DNA from: an uncultured virus (IMG/VR IMGVR_UViG_3300010299_003477)
Taxonomy: Duplodnaviria > Heunggongvirae > Uroviricota > Caudoviricetes
Virus record (IMG/VR): IMGVR_UViG_3300010299_003477
DNA: 64,000 bases
Reading direction: 5' to 3' (one strand)
Numbering within the stretch: the stretch's first letter is position 1; each line of letters begins with the position of its first letter. A program made the position numbers and the translations under genes. The notes under the pieces are model-generated. The model ran no database searches and was not told the origin of the DNA. It saw only the letters and a program-made list of their open reading frames with translations. This document shows, piece after piece, positions 1-8,328 of this stretch.

Positions 1-414
1 AAATTCGAGGTCGAGGGTCGTCAGGTTCGTGCAGCCCTCCAGCACGTCTACGTTCTCCAGCGACCTGCAATCGCTGAGATAGAGTTTCGTCAGGCTCGTA
101 AGCCCCTCCAACCCGTCTACGTTCTGCAGCGACCGGCAACTGTAGAGGTAGAGGGTCGTCAGGTTCGTGCATTCCTTTAGCCCGTCTACGTTCTGCAGCG
201 ACGAGCACATTTCGAGGTTGAGGGTCGTCAGGTTTGTAAGACCCTGGAGCCCGTCTACATTCTGCAGCGACTTACACCAGTAAGCGTCGAGGGTCGTCAG
301 GTTCGGTAGGGACTTCAGCACGTCTACGTTCTCCAGCGACGTGCACCTTTCGAGGTCGAGGGTCGTCAGGTTCGTGAGTCCCTCTAATCCGTTTACGTTC
401 TGCAGCTTCTTGCA
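1..414 (-). repeat. Six tandem imperfect 69-nt repeats encoding LRR units
   Basis: Units at 1-69, 70-138, 139-207, 208-276, 277-345, 346-414; unit 1 is 41/69 GC against an AT-rich background. Confidence 0.95.
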
Positions 415-732
415 AAAGCGGAGGTCTATTTGTTCTGTAATATTTAGTTCACTTAAGCCAGACAAGAAATCAACGTCTTGTATTTTTGACCTTGCAAACC
501 GATCAATCACTTTTAGCTTTGCTAAGATCTGATCATTTTCTGTTGGAGCGTTAGTTTCAATATCGTCTTTGAGCGTAGAATAAAGCACTACTCCTTGTGC
601 AAACTGCCAAGGATCTTCATGATCTAAAAACTCTAAAATCTTTCTAGCATATTGTTGATCTTCATTTTCTGTTAAAAACTTAACAACTTCTTCTTTGATT
701 ACTTGCTTTAACTTAGTTTTGGTTATTTTCAT
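1..732 (-). CDS. Leucine-rich repeat protein (3' end outside the window); missing from the ORF track
   Basis: Manual translation from ATG at 732: MKITKTKLKQVIKEEV...IDLRF, then at least six 23-aa repeats CxSLQNVDGLxxLTNLTTLxLxx; open to base 1. Confidence 0.92.
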   Translation of the reverse strand, partial: MKITKTKLKQVIKEEVVKFLTENEDQQYARKILEFLDHEDPWQFAQGVVLYSTLKDDIETNAPTENDQILAKLKVIDRFARSKIQDVDFLSGLSELNITEQIDLRFCKKLQNVNGLEGLTNLTTLDLERCTSLENVDVLKSLPNLTTLDAYWCKSLQNVDGLQGLTNLTTLNLEMCSSLQNVDGLKECTNLTTLYLYSCRSLQNVDGLEGLTSLTKLYLSDCRSLENVDVLEGCTNLTTLDLEF

Positions 733-955
733 TTGGTGTTTTTTCCTCTTCTGGAGCAGGACATTCTTGCGGTAAATGTGATTTTAAATCTTGCTTATAA
801 TCTTCAATGTCTGGTTGTTCCCAAATGATCTGTGGGCAGTATTTTTCATGGTTTTTTTGATCTAACAAAAACTGCTCTAATGCAGAGACAGAATCCATAA
901 CTTGTTGCATATTATCTTCGGTGTATGAAGTCAAACAAAGTAAAAAATACAACAT
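713..955 (-). CDS. Hypothetical protein with short hydrophobic N-terminus
   Basis: ORF packed between neighbours on the coding strand; MLYFLLC start. Confidence 0.6.
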   Translation of the reverse strand: MLYFLLCLTSYTEDNMQQVMDSVSALEQFLLDQKNHEKYCPQIIWEQPDIEDYKQDLKSHLPQECPAPEEEKTPNENNQN

Positions 956-959
956 AACA

Positions 960-1232
960 TTAGCTACCCGATATTAGATTTTCAATTCGGTTAAGAGCAC
1001 CTTTCATATACTCAATATCTTTTTCTATTGAGATAATTTGTTTGGCGTTATCTTCAGATTCGCGTATTTTGGTTTCCAAAGATTCTATTGTTCTTTCTGC
1101 GTCCCCAAGATCGTTATGAAGTTCAGCCACCTTTACATTCATCGTCCAAACCCATCCCGCTAACGGAACTACCAAAATAGACATGATTAATGAAAAAACT
1201 TTCCATATATCATCTTTTGTAACTGTAGCCAT
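960..1232 (-). CDS. Membrane-anchored coiled-coil protein
   Basis: N-terminal TM segment (VFSLIMSILVVPLAGWVW) followed by heptad-rich region; AGGAG RBS upstream. Confidence 0.75.
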   Translation of the reverse strand: MATVTKDDIWKVFSLIMSILVVPLAGWVWTMNVKVAELHNDLGDAERTIESLETKIRESEDNAKQIISIEKDIEYMKGALNRIENLISGS

Positions 1233-1243
1233 AAAAATTGCTC

Positions 1244-4200
1244 CTATTGTTTTATTTTTGCAAAGTCGGCTTCTTTGTCAATAACGATCTGCATATCAAC
1301 ACAATCCTTCAAAGAATCAAGATGCGAGATCAACAAAACGTTTTTAAAATACACTTTAATTAGTTCTAAAATCCGAATAAACCCATCCATATTTTCAGCA
1401 TCTAGCGCTGTTCCTGGTTCATCAAGTATAAACAGATCTGCTTTAGGCAAAGAAGACACACTAAGTAGCGATAATCTTATTGCTATCGCTGCCATTGTTT
1501 TTTCTGCACCAGAAGCCATTTCAATAGGTCTTTCGTCGTAAGCGGGGTGTTTAATGAAAATATCAAATTTATTTCCAGAACTATCAAAGAAAATTTCAAA
1601 GTCCACAATATTTGCTAGAATCTTTGCGATCTCTTCATTAATAACAGGAATTTTATTTTTAATAATGTCATACGAGATTCCGTTAGTATGCATACAGCGC
1701 ATAAACAAATCGTAAGCCGTGAACTCACGTTGCAAGCGCAAATAAGATTCTTTGTCTTTTATAATGTTTTTAAGCGCTTCTTCACAAGAACCAACTTGTT
1801 TATAAAGTTGCAAAGTATCTCGCTCGCATCTTGAAAGCTTGTTTTTTTCATTTGATAAATCTTTTTCAATTTTTGATTTGTCTTGGATTAGTCGCTGAAG
1901 ATTTTCGATTACTTCTTTGTTTTCTTCATAATAAGAAATTCGCTTTTCGATTTCTATCAACTCACTTTCAAATCTAGCTACACTTGTTTTGTTGCGCTCT
2001 CTTTCTAACTTGGCTGTAGAAATCTCAGCCTGCAAACTACGAGTAAGATTTACAATATTTTCGTATTGTTCAATTCGTTTGTTAATTGTACCAAGATCGT
2101 AGTTTGCAAATCTTAAGTTTGTTTGTTGTAATTCAGATTCAACAGAACCAGAAGACGCAACAGCAACGTGAGCATCTTTAATAAATCTACAAGTAGGAAA
2201 AGAATTACCACAAGGTATGCTGTTTAATAGTTTTTTCTTTTTATCGATATCTTGCAAATCACTCATTAAAGAATTTATTTTATCTTTTAATTTATTTGCT
2301 TCTTCTTTTTCGACGTGGATCGAGCTAATGTCGATCATCGAAACTAAAGCATTTGCTTTGGCTAGCTTTTCTTCTTTAAGTCCAATAGCACTTGACGCTT
2401 CTGTAATCTTTTCATTTACGCAAGACAAAAGGTATTTTGTTTCATTTTGCTTATTGACAAGTTGGGCAACATCGATAAAATCTGTTGGAGCAGATGCTAT
2501 TTGATTTTTTAAATTGTTCAACTTTTCGTTAAGAACAGAAATTTTAATTTTCAACTCTTCGCACTTTGATTGATTTACCTCAGAGTCTTGCTTTGCCTTA
2601 GCTAACCTTTCTTCTGTTTCAGAAATCTCAACATCAAAATCTCTATCAGAGCATTTGTTAAGAAGAACTTTTGTATCACGCGAATCTTCTTTTGCTAATT
2701 TGAACTTTTGATCAAAAAACTCAAGATCCAAAAACTTTGCAATAATCTCTTTGCGCTTTGTTGAACCTTCATCGACAAAAGAAAATGCGCCGTGCTGAGA
2801 GGCAAGAGAAGACATAGAAAAATCTTCTATGGTGCCAAAGTGCTTGCGAATATTTGCGTCGGTTTGAGCCCGCGTGGTGCCGTTGAGAGAGGTAGTTTCT
2901 CCTGTGGTCTTGTCGTGCTCTTCAAAGTTTAGCTCAGTCTTTGCTTCTGTTATTTCTTCTTTCTTAACGCGACGAGTGTACTTAACAGATTGTCTGGTAA
3001 TATAATAAACTTTATCTCCGATCTCAATCTCTAGTTCTCCGCGCCCATAGTCTCTATTTTGATTAATAACATTTAAATTCTTGCGCTCATTTTTCGAAGT
3101 CGTGTTGAAAAGTGTATAAAGCGCTGCGTCAATAACAGAACTTTTGCCACTAAAGTTCTTGCCAAAAATTCCGATAATCCCAGAGAGACTGTCAAAATTA
3201 ATGTTGTTATCTTCTCCATAATTAAAAAGATTGTCCCATTTAAAGTTGTTGATTTTCCAGTTGACATTTCTTGAAACCTCTTCGTTGTCTTCTACAATTT
3301 TATTATACTTACGATTTAGTTCGTAAATAGACTCAAGAGTATCTTCATCGATCTGATAATCCTTAAGGTACTCTGAAATAAGTTCTTCTTGTACGTTTAT
3401 GTCGCGTAGGTTCTCGCAATACAAATCTCCAGCAATTTCTTCAACGGAACCACGAGAACCAGCAGCACGGTTGAGAAAAGTAACACTTTCAGGCTTGTAT
3501 TTATGTTTTGCAACATCAAGCGCTTTACGCATAACGTCGAGAGGCAAATTATTTTCACTTACCAAACGCAAACGAGCGCCACTTGGGACGCTTGTTTTTC
3601 TTGGTATCTTGCCAGTTGGAGTTAGCGTAATAGTAAAAAATGGCTTTGGATTATTAAAAACAATATGATCAACATTCCAATCATTTTTAGATTTTATGTT
3701 CCAAAGCAACAAGCCTTTATCGTTGCTCTCTCCGTGATTTTGCTGAACGGTAGAGCCAGCATACCAAACTCGTTTTGTTTTATCCAGCGCCTGACAACGA
3801 TGAATGTCGCCAAGCATAGCAAAATCAAAATCGTTAAAAATAGATATATCGTCTTCGCCGTTTACCATTTCCCAATCAGCATCGGTTTTACAACCGCTGA
3901 TAGAGCCATGATAAAGCGCTATGTTGATTTTTGATGAATCTGTTGGTTGCGTCCAATTATCTCTATCAAAAACAGAAAGTACATTTAAACATAAATCATT
4001 ATTTAAATGTACTTCACCGGAGTTTTTAAGCAAATGAAGATGAGGAAGATTTAATGCCTCAACGATTGGAGTAATCGCATCTTGGCGGTTACTGTTCTTA
4101 AGATTGCCATCGTGGTTACCAAGAATAATATAAGTTGGCGCAATTAAAGAAAGATTGCGAAAAAAATCAGAGCACATATCAACAAACTCAGGAGAAATTT

Positions 4201-4351
4201 GAGTTTTAGTATGTGCGATATCTCCACAGTGAACAATATAATCTACTTTATTTTCTCTAAGAGAATCGTAAATTTGTTCAAATATTTCTTTGTATTCTTG
4301 ATGGTATTTTAAATTTTTAATATGAGTATCAGCAATATGAGCGATCTTCAT
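1244..4351 (-). CDS. Fused Mre11/SbcD nuclease and Rad50/SbcC ATPase (T4 gp47+gp46-like)
   Basis: Phosphoesterase motifs ADTH, GD, GNHD, GDIH; Walker A GKNFSGKS; coiled coil; signature ASGAE; Walker B LFILDEP; H-loop ISH. Confidence 0.93.
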   Translation of the reverse strand: MKIAHIADTHIKNLKYHQEYKEIFEQIYDSLRENKVDYIVHCGDIAHTKTQISPEFVDMCSDFFRNLSLIAPTYIILGNHDGNLKNSNRQDAITPIVEALNLPHLHLLKNSGEVHLNNDLCLNVLSVFDRDNWTQPTDSSKINIALYHGSISGCKTDADWEMVNGEDDISIFNDFDFAMLGDIHRCQALDKTKRVWYAGSTVQQNHGESNDKGLLLWNIKSKNDWNVDHIVFNNPKPFFTITLTPTGKIPRKTSVPSGARLRLVSENNLPLDVMRKALDVAKHKYKPESVTFLNRAAGSRGSVEEIAGDLYCENLRDINVQEELISEYLKDYQIDEDTLESIYELNRKYNKIVEDNEEVSRNVNWKINNFKWDNLFNYGEDNNINFDSLSGIIGIFGKNFSGKSSVIDAALYTLFNTTSKNERKNLNVINQNRDYGRGELEIEIGDKVYYITRQSVKYTRRVKKEEITEAKTELNFEEHDKTTGETTSLNGTTRAQTDANIRKHFGTIEDFSMSSLASQHGAFSFVDEGSTKRKEIIAKFLDLEFFDQKFKLAKEDSRDTKVLLNKCSDRDFDVEISETEERLAKAKQDSEVNQSKCEELKIKISVLNEKLNNLKNQIASAPTDFIDVAQLVNKQNETKYLLSCVNEKITEASSAIGLKEEKLAKANALVSMIDISSIHVEKEEANKLKDKINSLMSDLQDIDKKKKLLNSIPCGNSFPTCRFIKDAHVAVASSGSVESELQQTNLRFANYDLGTINKRIEQYENIVNLTRSLQAEISTAKLERERNKTSVARFESELIEIEKRISYYEENKEVIENLQRLIQDKSKIEKDLSNEKNKLSRCERDTLQLYKQVGSCEEALKNIIKDKESYLRLQREFTAYDLFMRCMHTNGISYDIIKNKIPVINEEIAKILANIVDFEIFFDSSGNKFDIFIKHPAYDERPIEMASGAEKTMAAIAIRLSLLSVSSLPKADLFILDEPGTALDAENMDGFIRILELIKVYFKNVLLISHLDSLKDCVDMQIVIDKEADFAKIKQ

Positions 4352-4611
4352 TCAGCACCCTGGACATTATCTCCGATAAGCTTCTGGTTTAAATAGTCAG
4401 CATTGTTTTCAACCAGCATCTCTACATAAGCATCATATGTTTCTTCTTCTATATCCTGTAGAGGGACCGAAATAACATTTGGCTTAACGCTTTCAATACG
4501 CGAACGCTCGTATACAATATCAAAAACTAATCCAGCAGCCGCATGTCCCATGAAAAAAGAGATAACAACAACAGCAAAATAAAACACTCTATCAAAAAGA
4601 AGACTTTTCAT
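4348..4611 (-). CDS. Hypothetical membrane protein
   Basis: N-terminal hydrophobic helix; GGAGG RBS; ATGA overlap with downstream gene. Confidence 0.7.
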   Translation of the reverse strand: MKSLLFDRVFYFAVVVISFFMGHAAAGLVFDIVYERSRIESVKPNVISVPLQDIEEETYDAYVEMLVENNADYLNQKLIGDNVQGAE

Positions 4612-4628
4612 CTCTTACCTCCATAAAT

Positions 4629-4657
4629 AATATAACTTATTATTGAGGCGATGTCAA
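4629..4657 (-). promoter_or_regulatory. Sigma70-like promoter
   Basis: TTGACA-17nt-TATATT upstream of 4611 and the Mre11-Rad50 gene. Confidence 0.7.
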
Positions 4658-5863
4658 GGAGTCTATCTTTTGAATTCCTGCTCCGTAAAGGATTTTATTC
4701 AAAATTTTAAGCAGCTGTTCTTCGCTTTCAACACCATTAGCTATTAGTGTTGCTTCTGGCTGTCTTTGATAATCGGACACAACTTTATTTATACCATCTT
4801 CAACAATTTCTTGATATAAATTGTATGCAACTGACCATTCTAGAGCAATTACTTGTGCTTGAAGATCTTCATCGCCCCCAGGAAGGTCAGCATAGCGCAT
4901 TTCAATATCGCCGCTATTAGATGGCCATTTTCCAGTATCTCCGAATACAAAATCTCTTAGATCTGAAATATTTTTGACATCATTTTTCAAAATATTTTCA
5001 ATAACCCACTCCTTATACTGCTCTTTAGTGTCAAAAGAATTTGGCATAACAAGGTTATCTGGTATTTGATCGTAATCTATATATGCAATGCCGCCTGGAG
5101 CTTGTGTAGTGACATGCGCTCTTCTGTAATTTAACCGACCAGAGTCAACTAATTGATCAATATGATTCCATAGAACTTCTACAGTTTCATCATTTGTTAA
5201 GTCGTCAAAAGCTTCAGCATTTATATTTCCATAGAAATCGTAGGCTTGGACTTGTGAAAGGTCAGGTGGTCCATCAGAAACTGCAAACGTCATACGCGGC
5301 TTCGAATCAGTTGCCATCATTTCTATTGCACTTTCTGGATCATCGGCAATAACGTTTATGTGATTAAAAATATCAGTACCTTGAGATAATGCTGACGCCA
5401 GCAACCCAGCTATAATTGCTTTTGTACCTCTTGTTTCTCTTCCGATTCTGTCTTTGATTTTTTGTATCGTTGCTCTCGCAAGATTTTCTTTTGACTCACC
5501 AGTTTCTTCAGAGTCGATACGATCAGCGAGTTTGGAAAAAAATCTTTTGACCATGTTAACATCTGGTTGCTCTGATTCGGAAAGTGTATTTAAAAAGTCC
5601 ACAAGTTCATCTGCAATTTTAGATGATGGATCGGATGATGGACCACCTGATGGATCACCCATTCCATGCACTTCAACTACTTGTTCTTTATCTGGAACTT
5701 GAAGAACTTTCGGTGGAGAAGCTAATCTTAAAAATTCAGCAGTTTCTTTGGGAGATAATGTGTTGATTTCCGAAGAAAAAGAGCCGTTTTGTTCTTTCAA
5801 AAAAGCATTCACTTCTTCTTTAATAATTTGTTTTAATCTTGTTTTTGTTATTAACATTTTCAT
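4640..5863 (-). CDS. Hypothetical acidic protein with ITKTRLKQIIKEE leader
   Basis: 407-aa ORF; leader shared with the LRR protein. Confidence 0.8.
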   Translation of the reverse strand: MKMLITKTRLKQIIKEEVNAFLKEQNGSFSSEINTLSPKETAEFLRLASPPKVLQVPDKEQVVEVHGMGDPSGGPSSDPSSKIADELVDFLNTLSESEQPDVNMVKRFFSKLADRIDSEETGESKENLARATIQKIKDRIGRETRGTKAIIAGLLASALSQGTDIFNHINVIADDPESAIEMMATDSKPRMTFAVSDGPPDLSQVQAYDFYGNINAEAFDDLTNDETVEVLWNHIDQLVDSGRLNYRRAHVTTQAPGGIAYIDYDQIPDNLVMPNSFDTKEQYKEWVIENILKNDVKNISDLRDFVFGDTGKWPSNSGDIEMRYADLPGGDEDLQAQVIALEWSVAYNLYQEIVEDGINKVVSDYQRQPEATLIANGVESEEQLLKILNKILYGAGIQKIDSLTSPQ

Positions 5864-6390
5864 GCTCCTTGCAAATATTTATCTTCTATAAGTTTTTTTA
5901 AGTAATACCGAACCCATACATTTTCAAAAGTGTTGATAGTTGGATCAAAAAAATCTTTTAGAGGATATGTGTCATCCTCGTTTGTACCATCTGGGTGAAC
6001 AAAAGAACCGTTCATGGGCGCCGAGAGCGATTCAATAAGCGATAAATATGCAGGAATAAAACTTTCTATATCTTCTTTTGTTTGTATTTCTGATGCTTTT
6101 TTGCGAAGTTCTTTTATTTGTTTTATTTTTTCAGGCGTTTCATCACGAAATACATTTCCCCAATCAGGGTCTTCATCTGTGGTCAACAATTCAAAAAAAG
6201 ATCGCTTTAAGTCTTTAACGGCAAGATTTTCTGCTTCGGCGTAAATGTCTTCAATGGCTAAAGGCGCAAGTTCGTATCCTTGCTCTACAGTATCTGGATC
6301 ATCATTTGTTATTAGTTTATAAACTTGTTGTGCGTATGGATCGGCAGCTTCTTTTAAAAACTTGCGCCAATTTTCAAATAGTAATTTCAT
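5860..6390 (-). CDS. Hypothetical protein with MKLLFENWRKFLKE leader
   Basis: 176-aa ORF; leader shared with 60283..60852. Confidence 0.8.
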   Translation of the reverse strand: MKLLFENWRKFLKEAADPYAQQVYKLITNDDPDTVEQGYELAPLAIEDIYAEAENLAVKDLKRSFFELLTTDEDPDWGNVFRDETPEKIKQIKELRKKASEIQTKEDIESFIPAYLSLIESLSAPMNGSFVHPDGTNEDDTYPLKDFFDPTINTFENVWVRYYLKKLIEDKYLQGA

Positions 6391-6401
6391 TTATAGTCCC
6401 T

Positions 6402-7337
6402 TTATATTGCTAATAACAAGTTTCTCAATAAATAGTCGTCATTATCAATAAAAGTAGCTTGTTTTTTACGTTGGTTAAAAACCTCTCTTGGCATCTCACC
6501 AACGTCTTCATAGCCTGTAGTATCTATTTTATATAGTTCAATATCATATTGAAGAAGCGTCTTAATAATCTTTTGCTCTTTTTTGCTTGCATCAGCATCG
6601 AGCGCCAGATAGACGGGCGTGTCGTTAAGAACGATCTTTCGTACAAGTTTGGAGTTTGCTTGGATTGTTGAACCCAATAAAGGTATAGCGTTTCCTGCGA
6701 TAATAGCATCAAATACTCCTTCGGTTATTGTTAGGTCTTTGTTCCAGTTTACATATAGTTCATTAAAAATAATGTTTTTAGATGCTCTTGGGTTTTTATA
6801 TCGATAAGAAGAGTTATTGTAAGTTCTACCAACAAAATAGTTAATATCCCCATCATTATCAAATGACGGAATAATAATTCTTTTGTAGTATTCTCCAGTA
6901 TTGCAATAGCCAATCTTCCAGCGCAAAATATCTGCATCCGATACACCACGCTTGCGAAGATAATTGTACGCCGGATAAGCAACTGTAGGCAGTTTTTTAC
7001 TAGCTAATGTGTCGAACTCTGGTGGTAACATTAGCTTTTGTTTTACTTCCGGCTCTGGCTCGCTAAACAAATCCGAAAAGCGATCAAGATCTATACGATT
7101 AGTAATTTGATCCCATTTCTGTAGTAAAGTAAATGAGCCAAATCTACGTATAATACGACGGATGTTACGACCACGGTAATCGCAAATCCAGCATTTAAAA
7201 AAGTTTTTGTCTATATTGATAGACAGTTTATTTTTATGGTGGTTGCACACCGGGCATCCAAAAAGATATTCCGCTCCGTTCTGCTGATAATATCCTAATG
7301 TTTGGTGCAGTATGCTGATAGCTTCTGTTTTATTCAC
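6402..7337 (-). CDS. DnaG-type DNA primase
   Basis: Zinc finger CPVC...CWIC; RIIIP; TOPRIM motifs TEGVFD and LDAD; GTG start. Confidence 0.9.
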   Translation of the reverse strand: MNKTEAISILHQTLGYYQQNGAEYLFGCPVCNHHKNKLSINIDKNFFKCWICDYRGRNIRRIIRRFGSFTLLQKWDQITNRIDLDRFSDLFSEPEPEVKQKLMLPPEFDTLASKKLPTVAYPAYNYLRKRGVSDADILRWKIGYCNTGEYYKRIIIPSFDNDGDINYFVGRTYNNSSYRYKNPRASKNIIFNELYVNWNKDLTITEGVFDAIIAGNAIPLLGSTIQANSKLVRKIVLNDTPVYLALDADASKKEQKIIKTLLQYDIELYKIDTTGYEDVGEMPREVFNQRKKQATFIDNDDYLLRNLLLAI

Positions 7338-7343
7338 AAATAC

Positions 7344-7372
7344 AAGATAACATGACGTAAGCTATTAATCAA
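7344..7372 (-). promoter_or_regulatory. Sigma70-like promoter, possibly giving a near-leaderless primase mRNA
   Basis: TTGATT-17nt-TATCTT ending 6 nt before the GTG start. Confidence 0.5.
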
Positions 7373-7802
7373 CCCTCTTTTGCAAAGTTCCAGACAGTAA
7401 ATCCATTATTGGTAAGACAACCCCCCAACTTTTATTTTGGTTTCTCATGTGGTGATTCCAGTGCCACCAAAAAACTTTTTTAGCTACTGCTGGATATCTA
7501 TGGACAAAGTTGTGAATTAAAATAAATAAAACACCGTAAGTAACAAGAGCAGAATAAAAGAAAGGACTGAAAAAAGCAATTGGCAGATGAGCAAGCAAAA
7601 TAAATGGTATACCAATCATTTCGACTTTTGATATTTTAGAATCAAAAAAATCGTTATGTCTTGCAGTCAAGTGGTGCTCTCGCAAGTGAAATGAAAATAA
7701 TGAATCTTTCTTTTTGCCAAATTCGTGAAATAAATAACGATGAACTGCATACTCAAATGTGTTAGCATACAAGATGCCAAGAGCAAAAAGAACTATTTCC
7801 AT
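7365..7802 (-). CDS. Fatty acid hydroxylase/sterol desaturase superfamily membrane protein
   Basis: His boxes EYAVHRYLFH, HLREHH, HNFVH, HWNHH with TM segments. Confidence 0.85.
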   Translation of the reverse strand: MEIVLFALGILYANTFEYAVHRYLFHEFGKKKDSLFSFHLREHHLTARHNDFFDSKISKVEMIGIPFILLAHLPIAFFSPFFYSALVTYGVLFILIHNFVHRYPAVAKKVFWWHWNHHMRNQNKSWGVVLPIMDLLSGTLQKRVD

Positions 7803-7812
7803 TATTTATCTC

Positions 7813-8328
7813 CTATTGTTTGGTTAGCTCGTACCCTGCCTTAGCAATTACGATTGCATCTGCTCTGTCAAATGATTCTGGTTTTGGATTACCAGATTTA
7901 GTGTATTCAACACTAAAAGACTCTTCTGTTTCTAAAAGATGCTCTAAAACAACTAATTTTGCTTTTTCGCCTTTTGGAACTTTAATGTCGCAAAGTTTCC
8001 GTGCTTGACTCGCACCTATATATTCAGGCTGCATTTCAAAAATCTCATACACCATCCAAGATACGATACCGTTGAATCTTTGTAATGATGCCATTGTTTT
8101 TGCAGATGAGCCTCCAGAATTAAAAAATGTAAAAGGTTGCTCGATGTAGATTCTATCAAATTTATCATATTGTTCGTAAATGTCAAGAATTTTACTTTTT
8201 ATATGAATTGACTTAGCAAAAACATCTTTGTATTTACGCAGATCTATTGAGTCATAACTGATTAGCTTACCGTTATTTACAATCGCAAAACCAGTTATGC
8301 TTGTGCTTATATCTATACCCAAAATCAT
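7813..8328 (-). CDS. RuvC-like Holliday junction resolvase
   Basis: MILGIDISTSITG, IYIE, DRADA acidic catalytic pattern. Confidence 0.85.
   Translation of the reverse strand: MILGIDISTSITGFAIVNNGKLISYDSIDLRKYKDVFAKSIHIKSKILDIYEQYDKFDRIYIEQPFTFFNSGGSSAKTMASLQRFNGIVSWMVYEIFEMQPEYIGASQARKLCDIKVPKGEKAKLVVLEHLLETEESFSVEYTKSGNPKPESFDRADAIVIAKAGYELTKQ

Noticed and set aside
1..414. 69-nt repeats as a CRISPR array or DGR variable region
   Set aside because: Units are contiguous, in frame and have no spacers; AAC codons are conserved and differences are not confined to adenines; no reverse transcriptase in the window
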